This document shows positions 25,825-34,843 of a stretch of 64,000 bases of DNA, in pieces. Origin of the DNA: an uncultured Alphaproteobacteria bacterium (GTDB lineage Bacteria; Pseudomonadota; Alphaproteobacteria; CADEGL01); the NCBI GenBank assembly GCA_902826885.1, contig CADEGL010000006.1, positions 2,091-66,090 of the forward strand. Reading direction: 5' to 3'. The notes beneath the pieces were generated by a model, which had not been told where the DNA came from, did not search any database, and saw only the letters and a program-made list of their open reading frames with translations. Made by a program: the position numbers and the translations under genes. The stretch's first letter is position 1; each line of letters starts with the position of its first letter.

Positions 25825-26472
25825 ATGAGCGAAACTTCGCGCACCCGAAATCTCTCGGACCAGAATCAGCGGGCATTCTGGCTCAAACATTTGCACCGCT
25901 GGCATTGGATCAGCGCGGGCCTGTGCCTGGTCGGAATGATCCTGTTCGCCGCCACCGGCATCACCCTCAACCATGCCGCCCAGATCGAGGCGCGTCCCGT
26001 CGTCATCCAGAAGGAAGCCACGCTGCCGGCCGATTTGCTGGCGTCGCTGTCCGCGGCCGCGCCGAAGGGGGACACAGGCGAATTGCCGCCCGCGGTCGAG
26101 CACTGGCTGGCGAGCGAATTGGGCATCGTGGCGGGCGGCCAGATCGCCGAGTGGTCGGACGACGAAGTCTATGTGCCGCTGCCGCGCCCGGGCGGCGACG
26201 CGTGGGCCAGCATCGACCGCGAGGACGGCAAGGTTCTTTACGAACGGATCGACCGCGGCTGGATTTCCTATTTCAACGACCTGCACAAGGGCCGCAACAC
26301 GGGCGCCGCGTGGAGCTGGTTCATCGACGTCTTCGCGGGCGCGTGCCTGGTCTTCTGCCTGACCGGCCTCTGCCTTCTGCAAATCCATTCCGGCAAGCGG
26401 CCGGCGACCTGGCCCGTGGTGGGGCTGGGCGTGGTCGTGCCGCTGTTGCTGGCCATTCTTTTCATTCACTGA
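25825..26472 (+). CDS. PepSY-associated TM-helix protein
   Basis: FWLKHLHRWHWISAGLCLVGMILFAATGITLNH ... FNDLHKGRNTGAAWSWFIDVFAGACLVFCLTGLCLL is the typical PepSY_TM signature. Confidence 0.75.
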   Translation: MSETSRTRNLSDQNQRAFWLKHLHRWHWISAGLCLVGMILFAATGITLNHAAQIEARPVVIQKEATLPADLLASLSAAAPKGDTGELPPAVEHWLASELGIVAGGQIAEWSDDEVYVPLPRPGGDAWASIDREDGKVLYERIDRGWISYFNDLHKGRNTGAAWSWFIDVFAGACLVFCLTGLCLLQIHSGKRPATWPVVGLGVVVPLLLAILFIH

Positions 26473-26485
26473 CGAGGTTCTTCCG

Positions 26486-26998
26486 ATGCGTGTCTTTTTA
26501 CCGGCCGCTCTGACCGGCCTGCTGGCCAGCCCGGTCCTGGCCGCCGACATGAATGTGAAGGTCGAGATCCCGAAGCTGAACGTGGCCGAGTATCACAGGC
26601 CCTACGTCGCGGTGTGGGTCGAGCGGCCGGACCAGAGCGTCGCGGCCAATCTGAGCGTCTGGTACGACGTGAAGAAGAATGAAAACGCCGGCACCAAGTG
26701 GCTCAAGGATTTGCGCCAATGGTGGCGCCATATCGGCCGCGAGCTGACGGTGCCCGTCGACGGCGTCACCGGCGCGACCCAAGCGCCCGGCGAGCATCAG
26801 CTGAATTACCAAAGCGGCAAGGCGCCGTTCGGCAATCTTCCGGCCGGCGACTACAAGCTGGTGGTGGAAGCCTCCCGCGAGGGCGGCGGACGCGAGGTCG
26901 TGCGCGTGCCGTTCCAGTGGCCGCCCAAGGGTTCGCAGAGCCTAAGCGCCAAGGGCGCGGACGAACTGGGCGCGGTCGCCCTCAACCTGACGCCGTGA
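26486..26998 (+). CDS. DUF2271-type periplasmic protein with ApbE flavinylation motif
   Basis: Signal peptide MRVFLPAALTGLLASPVLAA. EYHRPYVAVWVE and WWRH blocks as I recall for DUF2271. Carries D-G-V-T-G-A-T at codons 92-98 (nt 26759-26779). Confidence 0.75.
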   Translation: MRVFLPAALTGLLASPVLAADMNVKVEIPKLNVAEYHRPYVAVWVERPDQSVAANLSVWYDVKKNENAGTKWLKDLRQWWRHIGRELTVPVDGVTGATQAPGEHQLNYQSGKAPFGNLPAGDYKLVVEASREGGGREVVRVPFQWPPKGSQSLSAKGADELGAVALNLTP

Positions 26999-27012
26999 TC
27001 GGGAGGCCTTTC

Positions 27013-27864
27013 ATGAATCGCATGTCCAAGTTCGCCATCGCCGGCCTGATCGCCGCCGTTTTGGTTCCCGCCGCGGCCCACGCGCACCGGCAGTGGATTT
27101 TGCCTTCGGCCACCGTGCTCTCCGGCAACGCGCCGTGGGTCACGTTCGACGCGGCCGCGTCGAGCGAGCTGTTCTATTTCGACACGGCGCCCATGCGCCT
27201 GGCCGACGTGGCGCCGCCGCAAGGCATGCCCGCCATGCCGGGCGCCAGCTTGCGCATCACCACGCCGGACGGCATGGAGACCGTGGCCGAGAATGTTCTG
27301 ACAGGCCGGCTGCGCAGCGTGTTCGATCTGCGCCTGGCGCAAAACGGCACCTACAAAATCGCCGCGACCAACCAGGGCGTATTCGCGACCTACAAGCTCG
27401 ACGGCCAGCCCAAGCGCTGGCGCGGCGCGGCGGAAAATCTCTCGAAGGAGATTCCAGCCAACGCGCAGGACGTCCAGGTGACCGAAACCGCGTCGCGGGT
27501 CGAAACCTTCGTGACCTTGGGCAAGCCGACCGAGTCGGTATTCAAGACGGCGGGCGCGGGGTTGGAGCTGGTACCGGTCACCCATCCCAACAATCTGTTC
27601 GCCGGCGAGAAGGCGACCTTCAAGGTCCTGCTCGATGGCAAGCCCGCGCCGGATGTCGAGGTGGAGATCGTGCCGGGTGGCAACCGCTATCGTTTCAAGC
27701 TGGGCGATTCCGTGGTGCGTACCGCAGCCGACGGCAGCTTTACCGCTGCCTTCCCGGACGCGGGCATGTATTGGGTCGGCATGGACATCGAGGACGGCAA
27801 AGTGAAGATCGCGGGCGCCAAGCGACGCGCCAGCTATGCCGTCACGCTCGAAGTCCTGCAATAG
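27013..27864 (+). CDS. DUF4198-type periplasmic protein (NikM-like fold)
   Basis: ATG 27013 after GGGAGG. Signal peptide ending AAAHA followed by HRQWILPS, and a beta-rich body. Family call is from memory. Confidence 0.7.
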   Translation: MNRMSKFAIAGLIAAVLVPAAAHAHRQWILPSATVLSGNAPWVTFDAAASSELFYFDTAPMRLADVAPPQGMPAMPGASLRITTPDGMETVAENVLTGRLRSVFDLRLAQNGTYKIAATNQGVFATYKLDGQPKRWRGAAENLSKEIPANAQDVQVTETASRVETFVTLGKPTESVFKTAGAGLELVPVTHPNNLFAGEKATFKVLLDGKPAPDVEVEIVPGGNRYRFKLGDSVVRTAADGSFTAAFPDAGMYWVGMDIEDGKVKIAGAKRRASYAVTLEVLQ

Positions 27865-27887
27865 CCGCCGGCGGGAGAAACGGCGCG

Positions 27888-28889
27888 ATGCGGCGCGTCC
27901 TGGTTCCGCACGGCGTGCCATCCGCGCCGCCCGCGGCCGTGGGCGGCGGAATATCGAGTTTCCGCGGCGCGACGATGGGCACGACCTGGTCGATCAACCT
28001 GGTCGCGCCCAAGTCGCTGCCGCTGCTGGACGCCTTGACCGGCGTGCAGAAGGAGCTCGACCGCGTGGTCGCCCAGATGAGCACCTGGGATGCGGATTCC
28101 GATCTCAGCCGCTTCAACCGCGCGCCGGCCGGGACATGGCATGTCCTGCCGGAGGAGTTCTTCACCGTTTTGGCCTATGCGCTGTCGGTCGCGGAAGCGA
28201 GCGGCGGGGCGTATGACCCGACCATCGGCCCGTTGGTCAACCTTTGGGGCTTCGGCCCGGAGCCCGTGCGCACGACCGAGCCCGCCGCGGCCGATCTCGA
28301 CGCGGCGCGCGCGCGCTGCGGCTGGCGCCAGTTGTTGCTGGAGCCCGAGGAGCGCCGTGTCTTCCAGCCCGGCGGGCTCTATGTCGACCTTTCGGCCGTG
28401 GCCAAGGGCTTCGGCGTCGATCAAGGCGCGCGCTATTTGCAAAGAATCGGTGTCGCCGACTTCTTGATCGAAGTCGGCGGCGAGTTGCGCGGCGAGGGCA
28501 CCAAGCCCGATGGAACTCCGTGGTGGGTCGCGCTGGAGCGTCCGCCTTCGAGCGCCGTGCCGCCGACCGAAACGGTCGCCGCGCTGCATGGGCTGTCGAT
28601 CGCCACGTCGGGCGACTATCGCAAGTTCGCCGAGATCGAGGGCCGCCCTCTGTCTCATACGATCGACCCCCGCACCGGCCGCCCCGTGGCGGGCAAGCCC
28701 GCCAGCGTCACGGTGCTGCATACCGAGTGCATGCGGGCGGACGCGCTGGCCACGGCCATCACCGTGCTGGGTGCGGACGATGGCATGCGTTTCGCGGAAC
28801 GGCACGATCTCGCGGCCTTGAGCCTGACGCGCGCGGGTCAGGGCTTCGCGGAGCGCATGACGCCGGCTTTCGCCGCGATGCTGACATGA
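27888..28889 (+). CDS. apbE: FAD:protein FMN transferase (ApbE family)
   Basis: GATMGTTWSI, DADSDLSRFN, YDPTIGPLVNLWGFGP, LSIATSGDYRKF, HTIDPRTGRP and DALATA are ApbE hallmark blocks. Confidence 0.88.
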   Translation: MRRVLVPHGVPSAPPAAVGGGISSFRGATMGTTWSINLVAPKSLPLLDALTGVQKELDRVVAQMSTWDADSDLSRFNRAPAGTWHVLPEEFFTVLAYALSVAEASGGAYDPTIGPLVNLWGFGPEPVRTTEPAAADLDAARARCGWRQLLLEPEERRVFQPGGLYVDLSAVAKGFGVDQGARYLQRIGVADFLIEVGGELRGEGTKPDGTPWWVALERPPSSAVPPTETVAALHGLSIATSGDYRKFAEIEGRPLSHTIDPRTGRPVAGKPASVTVLHTECMRADALATAITVLGADDGMRFAERHDLAALSLTRAGQGFAERMTPAFAAMLT

Positions 28890-30538
28890 GCGCGCGAAGC
28901 CCGGTCTGGAGCGCGCAGCCGATCGTGGGCGCCTTGGTGGCGGCGCCTTTGCTTCTGTGGTTGATCGTCCGCGCGGCCGGGCCTGACGCCGTCGCGCTGC
29001 GGCCCGGTGGCGCTCCCTTGGTCTCGGCGCTCATGGTGATCCTGGTTTATCTGGCCTTCTGCGGCCTGACCTATCGCGCGCACCGGCTGCGGCGCGATGG
29101 CGCGGCACGGGAAAGCGCCGGGCTTTTGCATGCCGAAGGCGCGCGCGGGGCGCCCATCCTGGTTGCATACGCGACGCAGACTGGTTTCGCCGAAGATCTG
29201 GCATGGCGTACGGCGCGGTCGCTGCAGGCGGCGCATGTCCCGGTCAAGGTCGCGCCGCTGGCCCAGTTGGACGCCGCCGCGCTGGCCCATGCGCCGCGCG
29301 CGCTGTTCATCGTCAGCACCACGGGCGAAGGCGACATGCCCGACGGCGCCGCGGGCTTCGTGCGCCGCGTGATGCCCAAGCCGGTGACGTTGTCCGGCCT
29401 TCACTACGGCGTGCTGGCGCTCGGCGACCGCAGCTATACGAGCTATTGCGCGTTCGGCCATGCGCTCGATGGCTGGCTGCGCGGGCAGGGGGCCGTGCCG
29501 TTGTTCGATCTGGTGGAAGTCGACGACGGCGACGAGGGCGCGCTGCTTCACTGGCAATCGAATCTGCGCATGGTCGGCGGCGGTACCGAAGTGCCCGATT
29601 GGGCGCCGCCAAGCTATGGATGCTGGCGGCTCGCCGAACGCCGCCTGCTCAATGCGGGCAGCCCCGGCGGGCCGGCATTTCACCTCGCCTTCGAGCCCGT
29701 GGAGAACATGCCCACATGGCAAGCGGGCGACATCGTGGAGATCGGCCCCCGTAACGACCCCGCCGAGGTCGAGCGTCTTCTGGACAGGCTGTCGATGGAC
29801 GGCGAGGCCGAGGTGGCTGGCCATGGCGAATCCTGGCGCGCGCTGCTCGCGCGCAGCGTCCTGCCGCATGACGAAGCCGCCATCGCCACGTTCGCGGCGC
29901 TGTCCGGCGAAGAGCGCGTCCCGTCGCTGCGCGCCTTGCCGCACCGCGAGTATTCCGTCGCATCGTTGCCCGAAGACGGCCGCCTGGAACTGCTTGTTCG
30001 CGAGATGCGCCATGCCAATGGGCGGTTGGGGCTCGGCTCGGGTTGGTTGACCAACCACGTGCCAGCCGGCGGCGCGGTCGCGATGCGCGTGCGGGAGAAT
30101 CGCAGCTTCCACGCCCCCGAGGACGACAGGCCGATGATCCTGATCGGCAACGGCACCGGCCTGGCGGGCTTGCGCGCCCATATCAAGGCCCGCGCGGCGG
30201 CCGGACGCACGCGCAACTGGCTGGTCTTCGGCGAACGCACGCAGGCGCACGATTATTTTCACCGGGCCGAGATCGAGTCCTGGCACGCATCCGGCGCGTT
30301 GGAGCGGCTCGATCTGGCTTTCTCCCGAGACCAGACACGGCGGGTCTATGTGCAGGACAAGCTGCGCGCGGCGGCGGGCGAACTTCGCGCGTGGGTGGAA
30401 GAGGGCGCCGCGATCTATGTTTGCGGCAGTCTGGAGGGGATGGCGCCTGGCGTGGCCGCGGCGCTGACCGAGGCGCTGGGGGCCGAGATGCTGGAACGCT
30501 TGGCCGACGAAGGCCGCTACCGCCGCGACGTTTATTGA
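28886..30538 (+). CDS. membrane-anchored flavodoxin / FAD / NAD(P)H reductase (CysJ- or PiuB-like)
   Basis: ATG overlaps the apbE stop (ATGA). Two N-terminal TM helices, then a flavodoxin domain (ILVAYATQTGFAEDLA, FIVSTTGEGDMP), an FAD site (REYSVAS), and NAD(P) sites (ILIGNGTGLAG, YVCGSLEGMAPGV). Confidence 0.88.
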   Translation: MSARSPVWSAQPIVGALVAAPLLLWLIVRAAGPDAVALRPGGAPLVSALMVILVYLAFCGLTYRAHRLRRDGAARESAGLLHAEGARGAPILVAYATQTGFAEDLAWRTARSLQAAHVPVKVAPLAQLDAAALAHAPRALFIVSTTGEGDMPDGAAGFVRRVMPKPVTLSGLHYGVLALGDRSYTSYCAFGHALDGWLRGQGAVPLFDLVEVDDGDEGALLHWQSNLRMVGGGTEVPDWAPPSYGCWRLAERRLLNAGSPGGPAFHLAFEPVENMPTWQAGDIVEIGPRNDPAEVERLLDRLSMDGEAEVAGHGESWRALLARSVLPHDEAAIATFAALSGEERVPSLRALPHREYSVASLPEDGRLELLVREMRHANGRLGLGSGWLTNHVPAGGAVAMRVRENRSFHAPEDDRPMILIGNGTGLAGLRAHIKARAAAGRTRNWLVFGERTQAHDYFHRAEIESWHASGALERLDLAFSRDQTRRVYVQDKLRAAAGELRAWVEEGAAIYVCGSLEGMAPGVAAALTEALGAEMLERLADEGRYRRDVY

Positions 30539-30616
30539 ATTTCCGCCATTTTCCTGGGCCGGAGCGGGGCAATCGCCGCGCGCCTTGACTCCCTGCGCGC
30601 GCCATCGCTCAATAAA

Positions 30617-30647
30617 CCGGATGCCAAACATAGTAATTGGCATCCGG
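30617..30647. promoter_or_regulatory. perfect 11-bp inverted repeat upstream of the binding-protein gene
   Basis: CCGGATGCCAA-N9-TTGGCATCCGG, 35 nt upstream of ATG 30682. No T-run follows, so an operator is more likely than a terminator. Confidence 0.4.
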
Positions 30648-30681
30648 GCGTTCAGATCATGACGATTTCAGGGAGGGGCGA

Positions 30682-31764
30682 ATGGCGAATCGGAAGGGGA
30701 CAATGGTCGAACGGCGCACGGGCGTGTCGCGCCGCAAGTTCATCATCGGCGCGGGCGCGGCGGGCATGGCCGCGAGCTGGCCGCTGATCCTGACGCCCGG
30801 CAAGGCGAAGGCCGCCGAGCGCGTCGTGCTGATCAGCTGGGGCGGCGCATACCGTGAATCGATCGAAGCGAACTACGTGAAGCCGTTCACGCAGGAGACC
30901 GGCATTCCGGTCGTCATTTCCGACACGCCCGATCTGGCCAAAGTGAAAGCCCAGGTCACATCGAAGAACGTCGAATGGGATGTTTTCGACGGGGTCGGTT
31001 CCATGGCCATGAGCGGTCAGAAGGACGGGTATTGGGAGACGCTGGATAAATCGGTCATCGACACGTCGCATCTGCGCAGCGGCGTTTATCCCGATACGAC
31101 CGCGTTCTACACGTCGGCCGGCGGCATCGCCTGGGACCCGAAACGCTATCCGGACGGCAAGCATCCCGTGGACTTTAAGCAGTACTGGGACTTCACGAAG
31201 TTTCCGGGGCGTCGCAGCTTCCGCACGCGCGTCTCCGAGACGCTGGAAGCCGCACTGATCGCCGACGGCGTCGCGCCGCGCAGCCTCTATCCGCTGGACG
31301 TGGATCGTGCGTTCAAGTCGCTCGATAAGATTAAGCCGCACGTGGCCAAGTGGATCGAGCAGACGCCGCAGACCATCACGCTGCTGCAACAGAACGAAGT
31401 GGATTTCACCTACACCTATGCCAGCCGCGTGAAGCCGGCGGCGGCGGGCGGTCAGTCGATCCAGTTCTCCTTCGAACAGACGCTGAACGGGGCGGAGTAC
31501 GTGCAGGTGTTGAAGGGCGCGCCCAACAAAGCGGCGGCGATGAAGTTCGTCGCATTTATGCTGCGCCCAGACCGCTTGGCCGCGTTCTGCGAGCAGTTGG
31601 GCCTGGCCCCCAACAGTGACAAGGCCACGGCGCTGCTCTCGGCTGAAGCCAAGAAGTGGGTTCCCAACATGTCGAACCCGAACAACGCGGTCATCGACGA
31701 CGTGTGGTGGGCCGCCAACTTCGCTCCGCTAGAGAAGCGTTTCAAGGAGTGGCTGTTGACCTAA
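30682..31764 (+). CDS. ABC-transporter periplasmic substrate-binding protein (PotD/PotF-like family 1), Tat-type leader
   Basis: ATG 30682 after GGGAGGGG. The twin-arginine leader is SRRKFIIGAGAAGMAASWPLILTPGKAKA. VVLISWGGAY... matches the family-1 SBP pattern. Confidence 0.88.
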   Translation: MANRKGTMVERRTGVSRRKFIIGAGAAGMAASWPLILTPGKAKAAERVVLISWGGAYRESIEANYVKPFTQETGIPVVISDTPDLAKVKAQVTSKNVEWDVFDGVGSMAMSGQKDGYWETLDKSVIDTSHLRSGVYPDTTAFYTSAGGIAWDPKRYPDGKHPVDFKQYWDFTKFPGRRSFRTRVSETLEAALIADGVAPRSLYPLDVDRAFKSLDKIKPHVAKWIEQTPQTITLLQQNEVDFTYTYASRVKPAAAGGQSIQFSFEQTLNGAEYVQVLKGAPNKAAAMKFVAFMLRPDRLAAFCEQLGLAPNSDKATALLSAEAKKWVPNMSNPNNAVIDDVWWAANFAPLEKRFKEWLLT

Positions 31765-31775
31765 GGCAGGAAGCT

Positions 31776-31807
31776 GCGGGCGGCGTTACGGAGCGCCGTC
31801 CGCTTTT
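31776..31807 (+). terminator. rho-independent terminator after the binding-protein gene
   Basis: 10-bp stem GCGGGCGGCG / CGCCGTCCGC (one G-U pair), 8-nt loop, then TTTT. Confidence 0.55.
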
Positions 31808-31834
31808 CCGCGCGAAGCGATGGACGTGGAACTC

Positions 31835-32737
31835 TCAGCGCGTGCCGAGACTGCGCGACAGGTCGTAGGCGGTCTGGCGCACGACGTGTACCAACTCCTT
31901 TTCGGCCTTCTTGCGCGGCCAGCGCGCGATGGGCACGAAGGTGTTGACCGCGCCGACGACGCGGCGTGCGACATCAAACAAGGGCGCCGCGATGGAGATC
32001 GCGCCGGGAATGATCTCTTGCTCGGCGATCGCGTAACCGGTTTCGCGCGCCTGTGCCAGAAGGGCGATCAACGCCTTCCGGTCCGTGATCGTGTGCTCGG
32101 TCAGCGGCTTGCGGTCGGTGCGGTCGATGATATCGAGGGCTTGCTCTTCCGGCTGGAAGGCCATGATCGCGCGCCCCGGCGCCGTGCAGAAGGCCGGGAA
32201 ACGCATCCCGAGCGAGGAATTGACGCTGATCGGATGACGGCTGCTGGGCACACGCGCGACCACAACGTTCTCGGTGTCGTCGTTCTCGGTCAGCGAGAAG
32301 GCTTCCCCGCATTTGTCTCTAGCCTCGCTCATGTGACGCAGTGCGATGGCGACGAGGGGGTCGCTGCCCAAATAAGACAAGGCGAAGTCCAGTACGCGTG
32401 GGGTCAAGCTGTAGAGCCGCGTGTCAGGATCGCGCCGAAGGTAGCGCAACTGTTCCAGCGTGTAGACGAAACGCTGAGTCGCGCTGCGGCCGAAGCCGGT
32501 TCGCTTGGCGATGGATGCGATGGACAGGGCCCGGTCGGCTTCGTTGAAGACGTAGAGGACGCGCAACGCCTTCTCGACGGAATAGATGAACAGCCGCTCG
32601 TCACTGTTCTCGGCCACATTCGGCCCGTCGAAAACAGGCGTAGAGAAGGCTGCCAGCGTAGGCAGGATCAGGGGCGTTTCGGGTTTGGCGCGTTTTCGGC
32701 TGGTCACGGGCGGCAACTTAGCACCGCCGCGCGCCAA
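31835..32737 (-). CDS. IclR-family transcriptional regulator
   Basis: SVEKALRVLYVFNEADRALSIASIAKRTGFGRSATQRFVYTLEQLRYL is the HTH, followed by an IclR effector domain. TTG start 32737 gives MARGG, like the MARGR start of the second IclR paralog. GTG 32707 is an alternative. Confidence 0.88.
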   Translation of the reverse strand: MARGGAKLPPVTSRKRAKPETPLILPTLAAFSTPVFDGPNVAENSDERLFIYSVEKALRVLYVFNEADRALSIASIAKRTGFGRSATQRFVYTLEQLRYLRRDPDTRLYSLTPRVLDFALSYLGSDPLVAIALRHMSEARDKCGEAFSLTENDDTENVVVARVPSSRHPISVNSSLGMRFPAFCTAPGRAIMAFQPEEQALDIIDRTDRKPLTEHTITDRKALIALLAQARETGYAIAEQEIIPGAISIAAPLFDVARRVVGAVNTFVPIARWPRKKAEKELVHVVRQTAYDLSRSLGTR

Positions 32738-32787
32738 GGGTAACCGCGGCGGAGCGAGACGCCGCGCGGAGGAGGGGACGGGAGGAT

Positions 32788-34833
32788 ATGGCGAAGTACG
32801 ACGCGCTTCTGAAGCCGTTGACGATCAAGAAGACGACGATCCGCAACCGGATCGTCTCGACGGCCCATGCGCCGGCCTATGACGAGGACCGCAAGCCCAA
32901 GGAGCGGTATCAGCTCTATCACGCCGAGAAGGCCAAGGGCGGCATCGGCCTGGTGATGTTCGGTGGCTCGACGGGCGTGGCCATCGATTCGGAAGCGGGA
33001 TGGGGGCAGCTTTCCGCCGCCGACGATTCGATCATTCCGTACTTCAAGGAATTCTCCGACCGCGTCCATGGCCATGGCGCCAAGATCATCGTTCAGCTCA
33101 CGCACATGGGCCGGAAGATCCGCTGGGATCTGGGGAATTGGCTGCCGACGCTCGCGCCGTCCAAGGCCGCCGAGCGGTTGAACTATCCCTATCCGAAGGA
33201 GATGGAGGATTGGGATATCAGCCGCGTGATCGAGTCCTACGGCCATGCCGCGCGGCGCTGCCGGCAAGGCGGGCTGGACGGGCTGGAGCTGTCGGCCCAC
33301 GCGCACCAGATCTTCGATGAGTTCTGGTCGCCCGATACCAACCGGCGCACCGACGAGTATGGCGGCAGCTTCGAGAAGCGCCTGCGCTTCCCGCTCGCGT
33401 GCGCGGCCGCGGCGCGCAAGGCCGTGGGCGACGATTTCTTGATCGGCATGCGCATGTCGGCCGACGAGCTGATCGAGAACGGCTTGAATCAGCAGGACTG
33501 CCTGGACATCGCGGTGGCCTTCGCGAAGAGCGGCCTGATCGACTTCCTGAACCTGACCGCTTCCCAGACCAACACCAACATGTCCCACGCGGCGATCACG
33601 CCGACCATGGCCTATCCGGTCGGCGTCTATCTGCATTACGCCAGCGCGGTGAAGGCGGCGGTGGACATCCCGGTCTTTCACGCCTCGCGCATTCCCGACC
33701 TGGCCACCGCCGCGCGCGCGGTCGAGGAGGGCCATGTCGACATGGTCGGCATGACGCGCGCCCACATCGCCGACCCGCATATCGTCAACAAGATGATGGC
33801 CGGGCGCGAGGACGATATCCGCCAATGCGTGGGCGCGGGTTATTGCCTCGACCGGCTCTATACCGGCGGCGGCGCCTTGTGCATTCAGAACCCGTCGACC
33901 AGCCGCGAAAAGACCATGCCCCATGTCGTGCCCAAGGCCGGCAAGAAGCGCACGGTCGTGGTCGCGGGCGCGGGCCCCGGCGGCATGGAGGCGGCGCGCG
34001 TCTCGGCCGAGCGCGGTCATCGCGTCGTGCTGTTCGAGGCCTCCGACCGCACGGGCGGGCAGATCAATTTGGCCTCGCGCGTCGGCTGGCGCGAACCCAT
34101 GTCGGGCATCGCGCGCTGGCTCGACGGTCAGGTTCGCAAGCTCGATATCGATTTGCGCCTGAACACGCCGGCCACGGAAGACGCCATCCTGGCCGAGAAA
34201 CCGGACGAGGTGATCGTCGCCACCGGCGGCGTGCCCAACCGCGGCCGTTTCGCATCGTCGGATTTGGTCCGGACGGGCTGGGACGTTCTGGAAGGGCGTT
34301 TGGCGCCCGCCGAAGGGCAAAGCGTCCTGGTCTATGACGATTCCGGCGACCATCAAGGCCTGTCGTATGCCGAGTATTTGGCCGGCCGGGGCGTATTGGT
34401 CGAGGTGGCCACGCCCGACAAGCATGTCGGCTTCCGCCTGGGGCCGACCAACCGGCCGATCCACGTCCGCAACCTGCACAAGGCGGGCGCCATCATGACA
34501 CCCGACATGCGCATGGGCGGGGTCAGCCGCGAGGGCAACCGCGTCGTCGTGGTGCTGAAGAACGACTACACGGGCGCGGAGGAGGAACGGGTGGTCGACC
34601 ATGTGGTGGTCGAGCACGGCACTTTGCCGCGCGACGATCTCTATTTCGCGCTGCGGCCGAAATCGTCCAATCTGGGCGAGGTGGACCCGGCGGCGCTGGT
34701 GGCCAACCAGCCGCAAACGGTGAGAACCAATCCGGACGGCCTATTCCGTTTGTTCCGGGTGGGCGATGCGGTGGTGACACGCAACATCCATGCGGCGATC
34801 TTCGATTCGCTGCGTCTCTGCAAAGATTTCTGA
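32788..34833 (+). CDS. two-domain flavoprotein, OYE-like FMN domain plus FAD/NAD(P) domain (TMADH/DgcA/StcD-like amine demethylase family), paralog 1
   Basis: IRNRIVSTAHAP, EKAKGGIGLV, QLTHMGR, DGLEL, RMSADE, VVVAGAGPGGMEAA (Rossmann) and the C-x5-C-x11-C segment CVGAGYCLDRLYTGGGALC. Confidence 0.9.
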   Translation: MAKYDALLKPLTIKKTTIRNRIVSTAHAPAYDEDRKPKERYQLYHAEKAKGGIGLVMFGGSTGVAIDSEAGWGQLSAADDSIIPYFKEFSDRVHGHGAKIIVQLTHMGRKIRWDLGNWLPTLAPSKAAERLNYPYPKEMEDWDISRVIESYGHAARRCRQGGLDGLELSAHAHQIFDEFWSPDTNRRTDEYGGSFEKRLRFPLACAAAARKAVGDDFLIGMRMSADELIENGLNQQDCLDIAVAFAKSGLIDFLNLTASQTNTNMSHAAITPTMAYPVGVYLHYASAVKAAVDIPVFHASRIPDLATAARAVEEGHVDMVGMTRAHIADPHIVNKMMAGREDDIRQCVGAGYCLDRLYTGGGALCIQNPSTSREKTMPHVVPKAGKKRTVVVAGAGPGGMEAARVSAERGHRVVLFEASDRTGGQINLASRVGWREPMSGIARWLDGQVRKLDIDLRLNTPATEDAILAEKPDEVIVATGGVPNRGRFASSDLVRTGWDVLEGRLAPAEGQSVLVYDDSGDHQGLSYAEYLAGRGVLVEVATPDKHVGFRLGPTNRPIHVRNLHKAGAIMTPDMRMGGVSREGNRVVVVLKNDYTGAEEERVVDHVVVEHGTLPRDDLYFALRPKSSNLGEVDPAALVANQPQTVRTNPDGLFRLFRVGDAVVTRNIHAAIFDSLRLCKDF

Positions 34834-34843
34834 GGGACGGACA

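Noticed and set aside
28838-30643. 601-aa minus-strand ORF. The same reasoning applies to 42051..43526(+), 48015..49406(+), 61625..62719(-), 22585..23610(-) and 43800..45005(-).
   Set aside because: All are antisense shadows of genes with clear domain signatures, and none has motifs of its own.
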